From positions 2,081,916 through 2,145,915 of the forward strand of contig OZ242276.1 in the NCBI GenBank assembly GCA_965207255.1: a DNA stretch of 64,000 nt. Reading direction: 5' to 3'. Position 1 is the first letter of the stretch. Each line of letters begins with the position of its first letter. Made by a program: the position numbers and the translations under genes. The notes under the pieces are model-generated. The model had not been told where the DNA came from and ran no database searches. It saw only the letters and a list, made by a program, of their open reading frames with translations. The stretch is from Bryobacterales bacterium (GTDB taxonomy: Bacteria; Acidobacteriota; Terriglobia; Bryobacterales; UBA6623). Of the stretch, positions 47,660-57,661 are shown in pieces.

Positions 47660-48994
47660 ATGACCGTCCCGAAGAACGAAAAACGGCCCTCCCGCTTGGC
47701 AGATGCTGCAGCGAATCCATTGAGTCGGCGATCCTTCATTGGAGCGGGCGCAACATCGGCCCTAGCCGTGAGTTCGTCAGGCTCGGCCGCGCCCAGCGAC
47801 AAGGTGAGGCTCGGCGTGATCGGAGTCGGCGGGCGCGGTCGGGGCCTGCTGCGCGACTTCAGCCGCCTTCCCGACGTGGATGTCGCCTACATCTGCGATG
47901 CCGACCAAGCATCTCTTGAGCGCGCTCGCCAAGTCCTGGCAGGCGAGGGCAAGCCGATGCCGAAAGCCACCTACGACATGCGTCATCTTTTCGATGACCG
48001 GCAGGTCGACGCCGTGGTTGTGGCTACCCCGGACCATTGGCATGCGCCGGCCACGATTCTTGCATGCGATGCCGGCAAGGATGTCTATGTCGAAAAGCCC
48101 GCCTCGCACAACATCCGCGAAGGCCGGCTCATGCTCGACGCGGCCCGCCGCAACGCGCGCATCGTGCAAGTCGGCACGCAGGCGCGCAGCCGACCCTCCA
48201 CTCGCAAGGGAATCGAAATCGCGCAATCGGGAACGCTGGGCGAAGTCCTGATGGCGAAGGCTTGGAATGTCCAACTGCGCAATAACATCGGCCACAAGCC
48301 GAATTCTCCCGTGCCCGAGGGCGTCGATTACGACACTTGGCTAGGCCCCGCTCCCTGGATTCCCTTCAATGAGAACCGCTTCCATTACAACTGGCACTGG
48401 CACTGGCACTTCGGTACCGGCGATGCGGGCAACGACGGAGCCCACCAAATCGATATCGCTCGCTGGGCGCTGGGCGTGGACTTCCCCGAGAGCGCCAGCG
48501 GTATGGGCGCGAAGATCTTCTTCGACGACGACCAGCAAACCCCCGACACGATGAACGTGACTTTCCAGTACGGCGGCAAGGCACTGATCTGGGAAATGCG
48601 CATCTGGAACCCCTACGGCCTGGAGGGCCAAGACAACGGCGTCGCGGTCTACGGAACGGATGCGTCGATCCAGATTGGCAGGTGGAATCGACGCTGGGGC
48701 TACAAGCTGTACGACAATAAGGGCGAGTTGGTCGAGCACAACGATGCAGATGACGAGTCGGACGATCACATGCGCAACTTCATCCAGTGCGTGCGCACTC
48801 GCGAGTTGCCCGCGGCCGACATTGCGACAGGTCACCTTTCCGCGATCCACTGCCACCTAGCGAATATCGTGTCCCGCACAGGCCGCACTCTTGCGTTCGA
48901 CCAAGAGACCGAGACCATCGTGGGCGACGCCCACGCAAACCTGTACGTGAGACGTGCGTACCGCACGCATTGGAGCACTCCCAAGGGCGCCTAG
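47660..48994 (+). CDS. Gfo/Idh/MocA-family oxidoreductase with a Tat signal
   Basis: It has the Tat motif LSRRSFIGAGATSALA, a Rossmann VRLGVIGVGGRG and a typical EKP motif (VYVEKPAS). Confidence 0.9.
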   Translation: MTVPKNEKRPSRLADAAANPLSRRSFIGAGATSALAVSSSGSAAPSDKVRLGVIGVGGRGRGLLRDFSRLPDVDVAYICDADQASLERARQVLAGEGKPMPKATYDMRHLFDDRQVDAVVVATPDHWHAPATILACDAGKDVYVEKPASHNIREGRLMLDAARRNARIVQVGTQARSRPSTRKGIEIAQSGTLGEVLMAKAWNVQLRNNIGHKPNSPVPEGVDYDTWLGPAPWIPFNENRFHYNWHWHWHFGTGDAGNDGAHQIDIARWALGVDFPESASGMGAKIFFDDDQQTPDTMNVTFQYGGKALIWEMRIWNPYGLEGQDNGVAVYGTDASIQIGRWNRRWGYKLYDNKGELVEHNDADDESDDHMRNFIQCVRTRELPAADIATGHLSAIHCHLANIVSRTGRTLAFDQETETIVGDAHANLYVRRAYRTHWSTPKGA

Positions 48995-49185
48995 CGGAAA
49001 CCTTCGAACGAGACATGCAGCCCGAATCGGACCCCGATCATCAACCTCCACGAAGCAAGCCCATTGGTCCTGTGTTCCGCCGGCGCCCGGGCCAGCCTCC
49101 GAACTCCTGGCCCCATCCTAGCCCGATAGCAAGTGTCCGCAAGCGGCGGTACGGCTCGGTCGAGAGCGATGCGAGCTAGACCGCG

Positions 49186-50436
49186 ATGACATACCTACTC
49201 ATCTGCGGCGGCTTGACAGTCTTGATCTCGGCGATCTGCTCGCTGCTCGAAGCCACCCTTTACTCCACCCGCATGGGGGCCCTGGAAGCGGAGAAGTCCG
49301 ATGGCGAGCGAGCCGCCCTGGCCGAGCGCCTCCTCGCGATGAAGGCTGACATCGCGAGGCCGACATCCGCCATCTTAGTGTTGAACACGATCGCCAACAC
49401 CGCCGGCGCCGCAATTTGCGGCATGCTGGCCGCGAACCTTCTGGGAGCGGGTTGGGTTCCGGCGTTCTCGGCCGGGCTGGTATTGGCGATCCTGTTCATC
49501 GGAGAGATCCTGCCAAAGACCTATGGCGCAACGCACTGGCACTCGATCTGGCACCTGATCGTCTGGCCGCTGACCGTGCTGCAAAAGGCCCTCGCGCCTG
49601 TCATCAAAATCACGCAGGGATTCGCCAGCCTCTTTTCCGGCGCTCGCGGCTCTCCAGCGATCACCGAAGACGAGATCCAGGCAAGCATCGAGCTGGGCGG
49701 GCAGTCCGGAGAGCTGACACCTTCCGAATTCCAGCTCCTTAGCGCCGTGTTTCGCTTCGACGACATGCTCACGCGGCAAGTCATGGTGCCGCGCCGCGAC
49801 GTGGTGTTCTTGGACATTCACAAGACCGCTTCCGAGTGTTTCGAGCTTGCTCGCGAATCGCGCCACACTCGCTTTCCGCTCTGCGAGGGATCTTTGGACG
49901 AAGTCGTCGGACTCGTCCACATCAAGGACCTGCTGGGCTTGGCCGCCGACGGGGACCTCGACCTGAGAGCGGTCGCTCGGGAACTGTGCCATGTACCCGA
50001 GACCATGCCCATTAGCCGGCTGATGCGCGAGATGCAGACCACACACCAGCACATGGCGCTCGTCGATGACGAGTACGGGTCGATAGTCGGCATCATCACA
50101 ATGGAAAACGTGGTCGAGCAGATTGTCGGGGCTGTACAGGACGAGTTCGATTCGGAAGCTCCGGAAGTGGAACAAGAGAGTCCGGGGGTGTACCTAGTCA
50201 ACGGCCTCGTGCCCTTGCAGCACCTCAACCGCGAGGTCAACCTCAATCTCGAGTCGACAGACGTCGACACGCTCTCGGGGCTCTTGGTCAGCCGCATCAG
50301 CCGGCTGTTGCAGGCCGGCGATACCGTGCCGCTAGAGGGCGCCACTGCCGAAGTCATCGAAGAACAGGGCGGGCGTGCTGTGCGGGTCAAGCTAACAGTC
50401 CACCCCAGCGACGAGTCCGGCCAAGACAGGCCCTAG
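49186..50436 (+). CDS. CNNM/DUF21-CBS-CorC_HlyC family protein (hemolysin-family / Mg-Co efflux-like)
   Basis: It has an N-terminal 4-TM DUF21, a CBS pair (VMVPRRDVVFLD...VVGLVHIKDLL...GIITMENVVEQIVG) and a C-terminal CorC_HlyC-like domain. Confidence 0.88.
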   Translation: MTYLLICGGLTVLISAICSLLEATLYSTRMGALEAEKSDGERAALAERLLAMKADIARPTSAILVLNTIANTAGAAICGMLAANLLGAGWVPAFSAGLVLAILFIGEILPKTYGATHWHSIWHLIVWPLTVLQKALAPVIKITQGFASLFSGARGSPAITEDEIQASIELGGQSGELTPSEFQLLSAVFRFDDMLTRQVMVPRRDVVFLDIHKTASECFELARESRHTRFPLCEGSLDEVVGLVHIKDLLGLAADGDLDLRAVARELCHVPETMPISRLMREMQTTHQHMALVDDEYGSIVGIITMENVVEQIVGAVQDEFDSEAPEVEQESPGVYLVNGLVPLQHLNREVNLNLESTDVDTLSGLLVSRISRLLQAGDTVPLEGATAEVIEEQGGRAVRVKLTVHPSDESGQDRP

Positions 50437-50441
50437 ACAGG

Positions 50442-51464
50442 CTAGAATACGACCCCGAGACCAGTCACGACGCCATAGTCGTTGCGTGCGACCATGGCGG
50501 CCGGCCGCGTGTCGTAACGGTCGAACAGGCGCAGCGAGTAGGTAAAGCGGCCCGCAATCGGCACGCGAAATGTCCCGTCGTATTCGACGCGCACGCGCGA
50601 GGTGTCGAGCAGGTTGGGATGGATCGTCAGCTGCGTGTTGAGGCGGACGACACGAAACAGTGAGGTGGACCACTCCATCCCGCCGAACGACTCCACCGTC
50701 GATCGGTTCGGTTGCTCGCGAAGCCGCTCGTGGACGTAGGCCATGCCGCCGAGCAGCGACAGGTTAGTGTTGCCCGAAGTCCGCAGCCGCCAGCCCATTC
50801 CGCCGCCGAGCCTGCTGCGCAGGTTCAGCAACCGGCGCTCGTTGCGTTCGAGGCCCGTCAGCGCATAGGCGAAGCTCCGATCGTTAACGAAGCGGTCAAG
50901 GCGAGCGTTGAGCGCGTGGCGACTCTGCGAGCGCGCAGCATCCTGCCTCGCGAAAAGCGAACTGAGCCGACCAGAGAACTTGTACTGCGCGGAGGTGTAG
51001 CCCGCGGCCGCACCGACTGAGGACCGCATCTGGTTTTGGTTGCCCCTGGCAACGCTGTACCCGATGTCCCCAGAGCCCTCTAGCGCGGAAAGCACCTTGC
51101 GCGCCCCGCGCTGCCTCTCCCCGCGCACAACCCGGGCGATTTCACCCGACGGGACAGTTAGCGGATCTCGGCCCTGGCCTGTGATCACAATGCGGGCATC
51201 TTCCAGGGTTAGTTGCCCGTCGAGACGGTGCCCGCTATCAGTCAAGACCGAAAAGTTCCCGTCCGTCTGCATCGACCGGATATTGCGCCACGGAATCTGC
51301 ACCGTGCCGGCGAGCTTCGACTGCAACGTCAGCGCGCCATCCGCAACTCGGCGGACCACCCCGGTCAAACGATCGCCGTTGACCAGTGTCACGATGTCGG
51401 CGGGCAAGACGGCTTGGCCCGCAAGCATTAGGAAAAGGCCGAGTACGGTGCGAGGGAAACACAT
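50442..51464 (-). CDS. DUF481-like outer-membrane beta-barrel protein
   Basis: It has a signal peptide and an N-terminal soluble repeat region. Alternating-pattern beta strands with GN..N motifs follow, and the protein ends in a terminal Phe. Confidence 0.45.
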   Translation of the reverse strand: MCFPRTVLGLFLMLAGQAVLPADIVTLVNGDRLTGVVRRVADGALTLQSKLAGTVQIPWRNIRSMQTDGNFSVLTDSGHRLDGQLTLEDARIVITGQGRDPLTVPSGEIARVVRGERQRGARKVLSALEGSGDIGYSVARGNQNQMRSSVGAAAGYTSAQYKFSGRLSSLFARQDAARSQSRHALNARLDRFVNDRSFAYALTGLERNERRLLNLRSRLGGGMGWRLRTSGNTNLSLLGGMAYVHERLREQPNRSTVESFGGMEWSTSLFRVVRLNTQLTIHPNLLDTSRVRVEYDGTFRVPIAGRFTYSLRLFDRYDTRPAAMVARNDYGVVTGLGVVF

Positions 51465-51639
51465 TGGGAGAGAGCCGAGAGGTTCGGCGGTCGCTGGAAC
51501 GGGCGGCGGGTCCGCCCTCTCTCACTCTAAGACAGACGCCCGGTCGCTATGTGCCCGGTCGCTCACCTCGAGCCGGTAGCACCGCGCGGTTCAGCCAGCG
51601 GCATTGCGATCCTATAGTCGCGTCCGCTCCGGTCGGCGG

Positions 51640-52518
51640 CTAAGGTTTAGGACGTGCCGCCGAGACGGTAGGATCGCCCGGCTGGGGCAGGCGCGGCGGA
51701 GGCGGGACGAGCCCGTTCGGATCGAACAGCCTGCCAGGCAGGAAGTCAGAGACACGCGGGCCCTGCAGGGCACGTACCTTGATGTTGCGGTACCACACCG
51801 GATGGTTGTGGTGCGTCAACGCGATGTGCCCCGGACCCTTGAACCCGAATCCTGGCACGCGTTTGAACTTGGTCTGTTCGACGCGTGTGAACATGTCCGG
51901 GGAGTTGAATTCGTATTCGAGGATCTTCTTGCCATTGAGCCAGTGCTCGCCGTGCGTGCCGCGAACAACGATACGCGAGGTGTTCCATTCCCCAGCCGGC
52001 CGGACAGGCTTGTCAGCAACGGGCTTGTAGAGCAAATATAGCGAGCCACAGCTGGAGTATTCCCACCCGGGCTTGCGCCGGTTCAAATTGGCATCGTCCA
52101 ACAATTGGTACTCCGGGCCGGTCGCCCTCAGCATCGAGCGCCGCTTGGCGTCGGGACTCAGGTGAGGCCGGTAGCCGGGCCCGGCCCAGGCCTTCTGCAC
52201 GAGGTACTTGACTCCGCTATTGCCACCCTTGACGAGCTTCCAATCGAAGGTCACCTCGAAGTTTTCGAATTGACTTACGGTGACGAGGTCGCCGCCGCTG
52301 TTGTCGGCCAAGGTCCGGATCGTGCCGTCTTCGATGGCCCAGGAGCTGGTCGGGAACGGGGTGTCTTGGAATCCCTCCCATCCCGTGGCGGTCGAGCCGT
52401 CAAAGAGCAATTGCCAGCCTTCCAGCTTTTCCGCATCGGTCAAGCGGTTGTGCGCTGGTTCTGCAAGCCCGAGGCTGGCAGCGAGTGTGGCGAGAAGGAT
52501 GGTGCGCAGCATGGTCAA
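51640..52518 (-). CDS. DUF1080 (3-keto-disaccharide hydrolase-like) secreted protein
   Basis: It has a signal peptide and the blocks GWQLLFDGSTATGWEGF, WAIEDGTI, GNSGVKY, EYQLLD and the HNHPVWYRNIKV ending typical of DUF1080. Confidence 0.85.
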   Translation of the reverse strand: MTMLRTILLATLAASLGLAEPAHNRLTDAEKLEGWQLLFDGSTATGWEGFQDTPFPTSSWAIEDGTIRTLADNSGGDLVTVSQFENFEVTFDWKLVKGGNSGVKYLVQKAWAGPGYRPHLSPDAKRRSMLRATGPEYQLLDDANLNRRKPGWEYSSCGSLYLLYKPVADKPVRPAGEWNTSRIVVRGTHGEHWLNGKKILEYEFNSPDMFTRVEQTKFKRVPGFGFKGPGHIALTHHNHPVWYRNIKVRALQGPRVSDFLPGRLFDPNGLVPPPPRLPQPGDPTVSAARPKP

Positions 52519-52557
52519 TCCCGAGGTTCAAGCATACCCGATCAAGGACGCGCGGGC

Positions 52558-55500
52558 CTAGCGCACGAACAGAAACTCCGCGGTGTTCAGGACGGCATGA
52601 GCGAGATCGGCCCAGATGGCCGGATCGTCGTGCCCCGAAGCTTCCCGCAAGCGCGCCTGAGAGGCCAAGAAGCCCTCGATTTCGGAAATCTCTGACTCTA
52701 CCGGCGGTCTGCCGTACGCCCGCAGGTACATTTCCTCGATGCGCTCTTGCGTGCCTTGGTGCGCCTGCAATGTGCGCTCGGCCCATAGCTCGGCCTGCTC
52801 GTTGACGAATTCGTTGTTGAGCATCAGCAGCGCCTGGGAAGCCACGGCCGAGATGCCCCTGCGGCCCTCGGTCGAGATTGGCAGAGGATAGTCGAAGGCC
52901 AGGAAGAGCGGTGGCAGGAAGTTGCGCCGCACCTGCAAGTAGACGCTGCGGCGGCCAAGGCCGTCGAGCGGCCCCGACGCAGGCTTGCCCCGGCCATCCT
53001 GATACTTGCTGATGTGCGGCGGCACTCCGGGCCCGCCGACGGATAGGTCCAATGCTCCGGAGACCGCCAGCAGCGAATCGCGGATGGCCTCGGCCTCCAA
53101 GCGACGCACCGGGAAGTGTGACAGCAAGCGGTTCGACGGGTCTGCGAGCCTCGCTTTCTCGGACGGAACGCTGGAGGCCCGGTACGTGCTGGAGAGGACG
53201 ATCTCGCGATGCAGATCCTTGACCGACCAGCCAGATTCCATGAACGTTCTGGCTAGGAAATCCAGCAGGGCGGGATGTGTGGGCTCTTCGCCCATGCGCC
53301 CGAAATTGTCCGGGCTCGCGACGATGCCGCGCCCGAAGTGATGGTGCCAAACACGATTTGCCATCACCCGGGCGGTGAGCGGGTTCCTCTCGCTGGCCAC
53401 CCATTGCGCCAGTTCCAAGCGGCCCGAGCCGTTGCGGAACGGAGCTTGCTCGCTGCCCGCGATGGCCTGCAGGAACTGGCGCGGGGCGATCTCGCCAAGG
53501 TTCTTGTGGTTGCCGCGGATGTGGATCGGCGAATCGGAGGGTTGCCAGTCTTGGCTCGACATCGCAAATGTCGAAGACGGCAAAGCTTGGTCGAGCCGGT
53601 CACGGCGAGAAGCGAGTTCGGAATAGCGCCGATGATCCGCCTCGTCGAGGAAGTCTGCCGCTTGCTCGCGTTTGGTGTGGCCCAGGAGTCCCGCCAACAG
53701 CGCGTCGTCCGCCGTGCTGCGCGACCCCGCGGACAACTCCCGCGCCAATGCCTCGTAGGCCAGCGCCAGATCGGACAAGGAACGAATCGTCTCGTCGGCG
53801 AGCAGCTCCAGGACTCGCGCATTGACTGGCCCCGCGATCGGCGGCGGCTTGGGCGCGGACGAGAACACGACTTGGTCCACCGCAATCGAGCCCGTGCGAT
53901 CTCGGTCCACGATCTCAATCGAGCAAATGCGCCCGCGCTCCTTGGTCATCGCGATGGTGTGCCAGCTCAGGCGGCCGCTGCCATCGGGCATGGCATGTCC
54001 GGACTTGTGCTCGTCCGCGATCACAGTGAAACGGACCGGGGCGTCCTCCTTGAGCCGACGTTCGTATTCCGGGCCCGCCAGCCGCACGTGGACGTATTTG
54101 GCCGGCATCCGGAATTTCTCAGTGGTGAGCGTGCCCACCAGAGCATCGGCACCGCTGCCCGATGATGCCGCCAGCGCCTGGCCCCAATGACCGCCCAATC
54201 GCTGCGCGGGTGGGACCGCCCGGACCGGGCCGTTGCCGAAACCGGCACCGTTCACGGTCCACTTGCCGAAACCGTTCTCGAAGTCTTCAAAGACCTCGTC
54301 TTCGCGCTCGCTCCATAGCGGGTGGTTGCGATCCGCCTTAGACGCCCACTCGGCCATCTCCCGGCGCATGCCGGCCATGAGTTCCGCAAACCCCGGAGCG
54401 CTCCCGGCGGCCAAAGACTGCGCCAGCTTGGCGAATGGATACAGCGGATGCGCTGGCTCGCCGACCGCGTAAGCCAATTCGGACGCCAGACCGTCCCGAT
54501 CCTCTGAGCCCTCGTCCTTTGAAGCAGCAACGAGCCGCTCCGCCAACCCCTCCGAGGCACGGGCGGGGGCGTCGACCAGCAGGGCTACAATCTGGTCGTT
54601 GACCTCGCCGATCTCCCTGTCAGCCGCCCGAATCTCACTCGCCCTCGCCGGGGAGTCGATACATGTCTCGCTCATATGGGTCGAACTCAAGATTCCGAAC
54701 AGCGAGTAGTAGTCGGCCGTCGGGATTGGATCGAACTTATGGTCGTGGCAACGGGCACAGGCCACGGTCAATCCCTGGGCAGCCTTCGTCAAGACGTCGA
54801 TCTGGTTGTCGATCTGGTCAGCCCTCGCCTTGACCGAGTCGGTCGGGGAATTCAATACCTCCCACAGCCAGTACCCACCGGCAGCGATTGGGTTGACGTA
54901 ATGCGTGCCGTCTGCCGACAGCCGCGGCGGCATCAGGTCGCCCGCGATCTGCTCCTGCAGGAAGCGGTTGTAGGGCAGGTCGGTATTGAAAGATTCGATG
55001 ACGTAGTCACGAAACCTCCAAGCGTCGAGCTTGTTGTTGTCGAATTCATGACCGTTCGTTTCGGCCCAGCGCACCAAGTCGAGCCAGTGTCGTCCCCAGC
55101 GCTCCCCGTAGTGAGGCGAGCCGAGCAGCCGTTCGACGGCCCGCACGTAGGCTCCCTGGGCGGTATCGGACAGGAACGCGTCGATCTGGGCAGGTGTCGG
55201 CGGCAAGCCAGTCAAATCGAAGGTCACTCGTCGCAGCAGCGTCCGCCGATCCACGCCGGCCGGCGCTTGCAATCCCTCGGCTTCCAGCCGGGCGAGGACA
55301 AACCGATCAACATCGGTGCGTACCCAATCCGTGTTGCGAACCGTCGGCAGCGCTGGCTGCCCGACGGGCCGAAAGCTCCAGAACTGGCGACCTTCCGCAA
55401 GATCGATGCCGTCTTCCTCAACCTCCGAAGAAGTGGCGGAGCGCGGATCCGGCGCACCCATCTGAATCCAAGCCTCGAGGTGATCGACCTCGTCGTCTGA

Positions 55501-55806
55501 CAGCTTCCCAGTCGGCGGCATCTTCAAGTCGATCGAGGTGTACGAGACCGCCTTGACCAGCAGGCTGGAGGATGGGTCGCCGGGTGCGATCGCAGGTCCG
55601 CGGCTGCCGCCTTGCAGCAGCGCTTCCCTGGAGTCGAGCCTGAGTTCCCCCATGGCCATGGTGTCGCTGCTGTGGCAGGCGTAGCACTTCTCTGCAAGCA
55701 GCGGCCGGATGTAGCGCTCGAAGTGTTCGAGCTCAGCCGACCCTTGGGCGGACAGGACCGGGAGCAGTGTCAGCGTCCCCGCGCAAAAGAATAGCTGTCT
55801 CAACAT
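52558..55806 (-). CDS. PSCyt1 / DUF1549 (PSCyt2) / DUF1553 (PSD1) domain protein
   Basis: It has a signal peptide, a cytochrome-c-like CYACHS, a CARCHDHKFDPI block (DUF1549) and a long DUF1553-like C-terminus. The start is at ATG 55806 (alternative 55827). The ORF-track extension to 55977 is unsupported. Confidence 0.9.
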   Translation of the reverse strand: MLRQLFFCAGTLTLLPVLSAQGSAELEHFERYIRPLLAEKCYACHSSDTMAMGELRLDSREALLQGGSRGPAIAPGDPSSSLLVKAVSYTSIDLKMPPTGKLSDDEVDHLEAWIQMGAPDPRSATSSEVEEDGIDLAEGRQFWSFRPVGQPALPTVRNTDWVRTDVDRFVLARLEAEGLQAPAGVDRRTLLRRVTFDLTGLPPTPAQIDAFLSDTAQGAYVRAVERLLGSPHYGERWGRHWLDLVRWAETNGHEFDNNKLDAWRFRDYVIESFNTDLPYNRFLQEQIAGDLMPPRLSADGTHYVNPIAAGGYWLWEVLNSPTDSVKARADQIDNQIDVLTKAAQGLTVACARCHDHKFDPIPTADYYSLFGILSSTHMSETCIDSPARASEIRAADREIGEVNDQIVALLVDAPARASEGLAERLVAASKDEGSEDRDGLASELAYAVGEPAHPLYPFAKLAQSLAAGSAPGFAELMAGMRREMAEWASKADRNHPLWSEREDEVFEDFENGFGKWTVNGAGFGNGPVRAVPPAQRLGGHWGQALAASSGSGADALVGTLTTEKFRMPAKYVHVRLAGPEYERRLKEDAPVRFTVIADEHKSGHAMPDGSGRLSWHTIAMTKERGRICSIEIVDRDRTGSIAVDQVVFSSAPKPPPIAGPVNARVLELLADETIRSLSDLALAYEALARELSAGSRSTADDALLAGLLGHTKREQAADFLDEADHRRYSELASRRDRLDQALPSSTFAMSSQDWQPSDSPIHIRGNHKNLGEIAPRQFLQAIAGSEQAPFRNGSGRLELAQWVASERNPLTARVMANRVWHHHFGRGIVASPDNFGRMGEEPTHPALLDFLARTFMESGWSVKDLHREIVLSSTYRASSVPSEKARLADPSNRLLSHFPVRRLEAEAIRDSLLAVSGALDLSVGGPGVPPHISKYQDGRGKPASGPLDGLGRRSVYLQVRRNFLPPLFLAFDYPLPISTEGRRGISAVASQALLMLNNEFVNEQAELWAERTLQAHQGTQERIEEMYLRAYGRPPVESEISEIEGFLASQARLREASGHDDPAIWADLAHAVLNTAEFLFVR

Positions 55807-56002
55807 CTGGAACCCAACCTCAATCATAGTGGCTGGCCGGCCGCTCCGGCACGTAGGCAGCCGCTTTGGAGCGGCTCTTGGGCAAGCTTGGACCCGACCA
55901 TGCGGCCCACGCAAATCGGCAGGCGGGTCCGGAAGTCGCCCGAGGGCCGGACTCGACACCAACTCCTGCCAGCGCAAGGCAGCGAGGTTCTATAGTGGTT
56001 CA

Positions 56003-56545
56003 GTGCGGCTGTACCATGTCCCTACCCTTGCGTTCGCCCTGACTGCTTCCGCCGTCGCGCAGCAGGAGGGCATGATTCCGCGCTGGCAAGTCGAAGAACT
56101 CTCCCAGGGCGTCGTCCAGAACATGGAGACCGCCAGCAAGGTCATAGTGCAGCTACGGCCACAAGAATGGGTCCAAGACGGCGCACCGGAGGCCTACATC
56201 GAGCAGCACCAAGCCCTGCTGCGTGAAATGGAGCAAGTCAGGCTGGCGGCGCTGGCCTTGGGGCGCGATCCCGAGCGCCTCACCTACGCGGTCGACACGT
56301 TCCTGTGGCTGGATCGTGTCGACTCGCTCATGGGCTCGATGGCTGCCGGGGTGCGCCAATACTACAACAGTGCCGTCGCCGAGCTGCTGGACTCGGCGCG
56401 CAATCGCAATTCAGACGGCATCGCCGCTGTCAAGCAGTACATGCGCCAGTTGGCCGAGCACGTAGAGGGGGCGATGCAAGTCGCGCACCGCGAGGCCCAG
56501 CGCTGCCGGCAAGCCATCGTCTCGCAACCGCCCGCCCCGCAATAG
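56003..56545 (+). CDS. hypothetical secreted protein
   Basis: The GTG at 56003 gives signal-like VRLYHVPTLAFALTASAVAQQ. The remainder is helical with no family recognised. Confidence 0.4.
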   Translation: MRLYHVPTLAFALTASAVAQQEGMIPRWQVEELSQGVVQNMETASKVIVQLRPQEWVQDGAPEAYIEQHQALLREMEQVRLAALALGRDPERLTYAVDTFLWLDRVDSLMGSMAAGVRQYYNSAVAELLDSARNRNSDGIAAVKQYMRQLAEHVEGAMQVAHREAQRCRQAIVSQPPAPQ

Positions 56546-56632
56546 GCGCTCGCGCACAGCGCGGACCTGCGCTGACAAGTGCAGCCTCGCGAGGCTCGAC
56601 CCGATCCGTGGGAATCGCGGTTCGCAGAACGC

Positions 56633-57661
56633 TCAGAACGAGCCGCCGCGTTCTTCAAAGTGGGTCGGCTTGCCCAAGCCGGCGCCGCCTGCGAGCATCC
56701 ATCGCAGGACGCGATCCATCATCTCGTCCATGCCAGTCGGCGGCGGGCCGCACAGCGCAGCGCACCGACGAGCGTCACTGAGCAAGGCGGTGGGCTCCTC
56801 GGACCCGCGGAAGACCGGCGCCTCCCCCAAGGCACGGCCAAAGCGCTCGGCGATGCTGCGCACGCTCAGTGCCTCGGCACCTGTCACGTTTAGCGTTAGC
56901 GGCGGCACCGCGCAGTGCTCGAGCAGCCGCAGCGCGATCGAATTGGCGTCCCGCTGCCAGATGACGTTGACATAGCCCATCGCCAAGTCAATCGGGCTGC
57001 GGTTCCGTACCTTTTCGGCAATGTCCCTCAGCACGCCGTAGCGCGGCTCGACGGCGTAGTTCAGGCGCAGGATCGCGATGGGCGTGCGGTGCAGGTCGCT
57101 GAAATACTCGAACAGCCGCTCGCGCGCCAGCACCGACTGGGCATACTCTCCGACGGGTCCGGTCAGATCGCGCTCCGAGGGGCCCGTGCCAGGCGCAGGG
57201 CTGAGGGGGTATACGTTTCCGCTGGAGAAAACCACGATCCGCGCTTCGGGGAAACTCTCGGCCACCACAGTCGGCAGGTAGGCATTCGCGGCCCAAGTCC
57301 GGCTGGGGTTGCCACTGGTGCCGAACTTGTGGCCCGCCATGAAGATCACGTTCGGAGCGCGCGGCAGAGCTTCGACCTCCCGACGTGACAACAAGTCGGC
57401 CCGAATCGTCTCGACACCCCAGCTGTCGAGACGGCTGCGCACGTCGGGATCGCTGAAGCGGGCCACGCCGATGACGCGCCTCGGCCTTGCAGCCGTGTCA
57501 CACGCCCGGCGCGCCAGACGCGCCAGCGTCGGTCCCATCTTGCCGCCCACTCCCAGTACGAGAATGTCGCCATCGAGACGGCGCATCAGCGCGGCGTCTG
57601 CATCGCTCGGAAGCGACAGATCTCGTTCCAGCCTGTCGCAGTCGGCCCCGGAGACAGGCAC
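56633..57661 (-). CDS. NAD-dependent epimerase/dehydratase (extended SDR) family protein
   Basis: It has an N-terminal Rossmann ILVLGVGGKMGPTLARLA and a family-typical length. It is immediately preceded, with no gap, by the 265-aa hypothetical gene. Confidence 0.75.
   Translation of the reverse strand: MPVSGADCDRLERDLSLPSDADAALMRRLDGDILVLGVGGKMGPTLARLARRACDTAARPRRVIGVARFSDPDVRSRLDSWGVETIRADLLSRREVEALPRAPNVIFMAGHKFGTSGNPSRTWAANAYLPTVVAESFPEARIVVFSSGNVYPLSPAPGTGPSERDLTGPVGEYAQSVLARERLFEYFSDLHRTPIAILRLNYAVEPRYGVLRDIAEKVRNRSPIDLAMGYVNVIWQRDANSIALRLLEHCAVPPLTLNVTGAEALSVRSIAERFGRALGEAPVFRGSEEPTALLSDARRCAALCGPPPTGMDEMMDRVLRWMLAGGAGLGKPTHFEERGGSF

Noticed and set aside
52400-54165. Alternative-frame ORFs within the PSCyt/DUF1553 gene (52400-53404 -, 53275-54165 +)
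   Set aside because: They lie inside a 1082-aa gene with recognisable domain blocks along its length. The alternatives are Arg/Pro/Ala-rich with no motifs.
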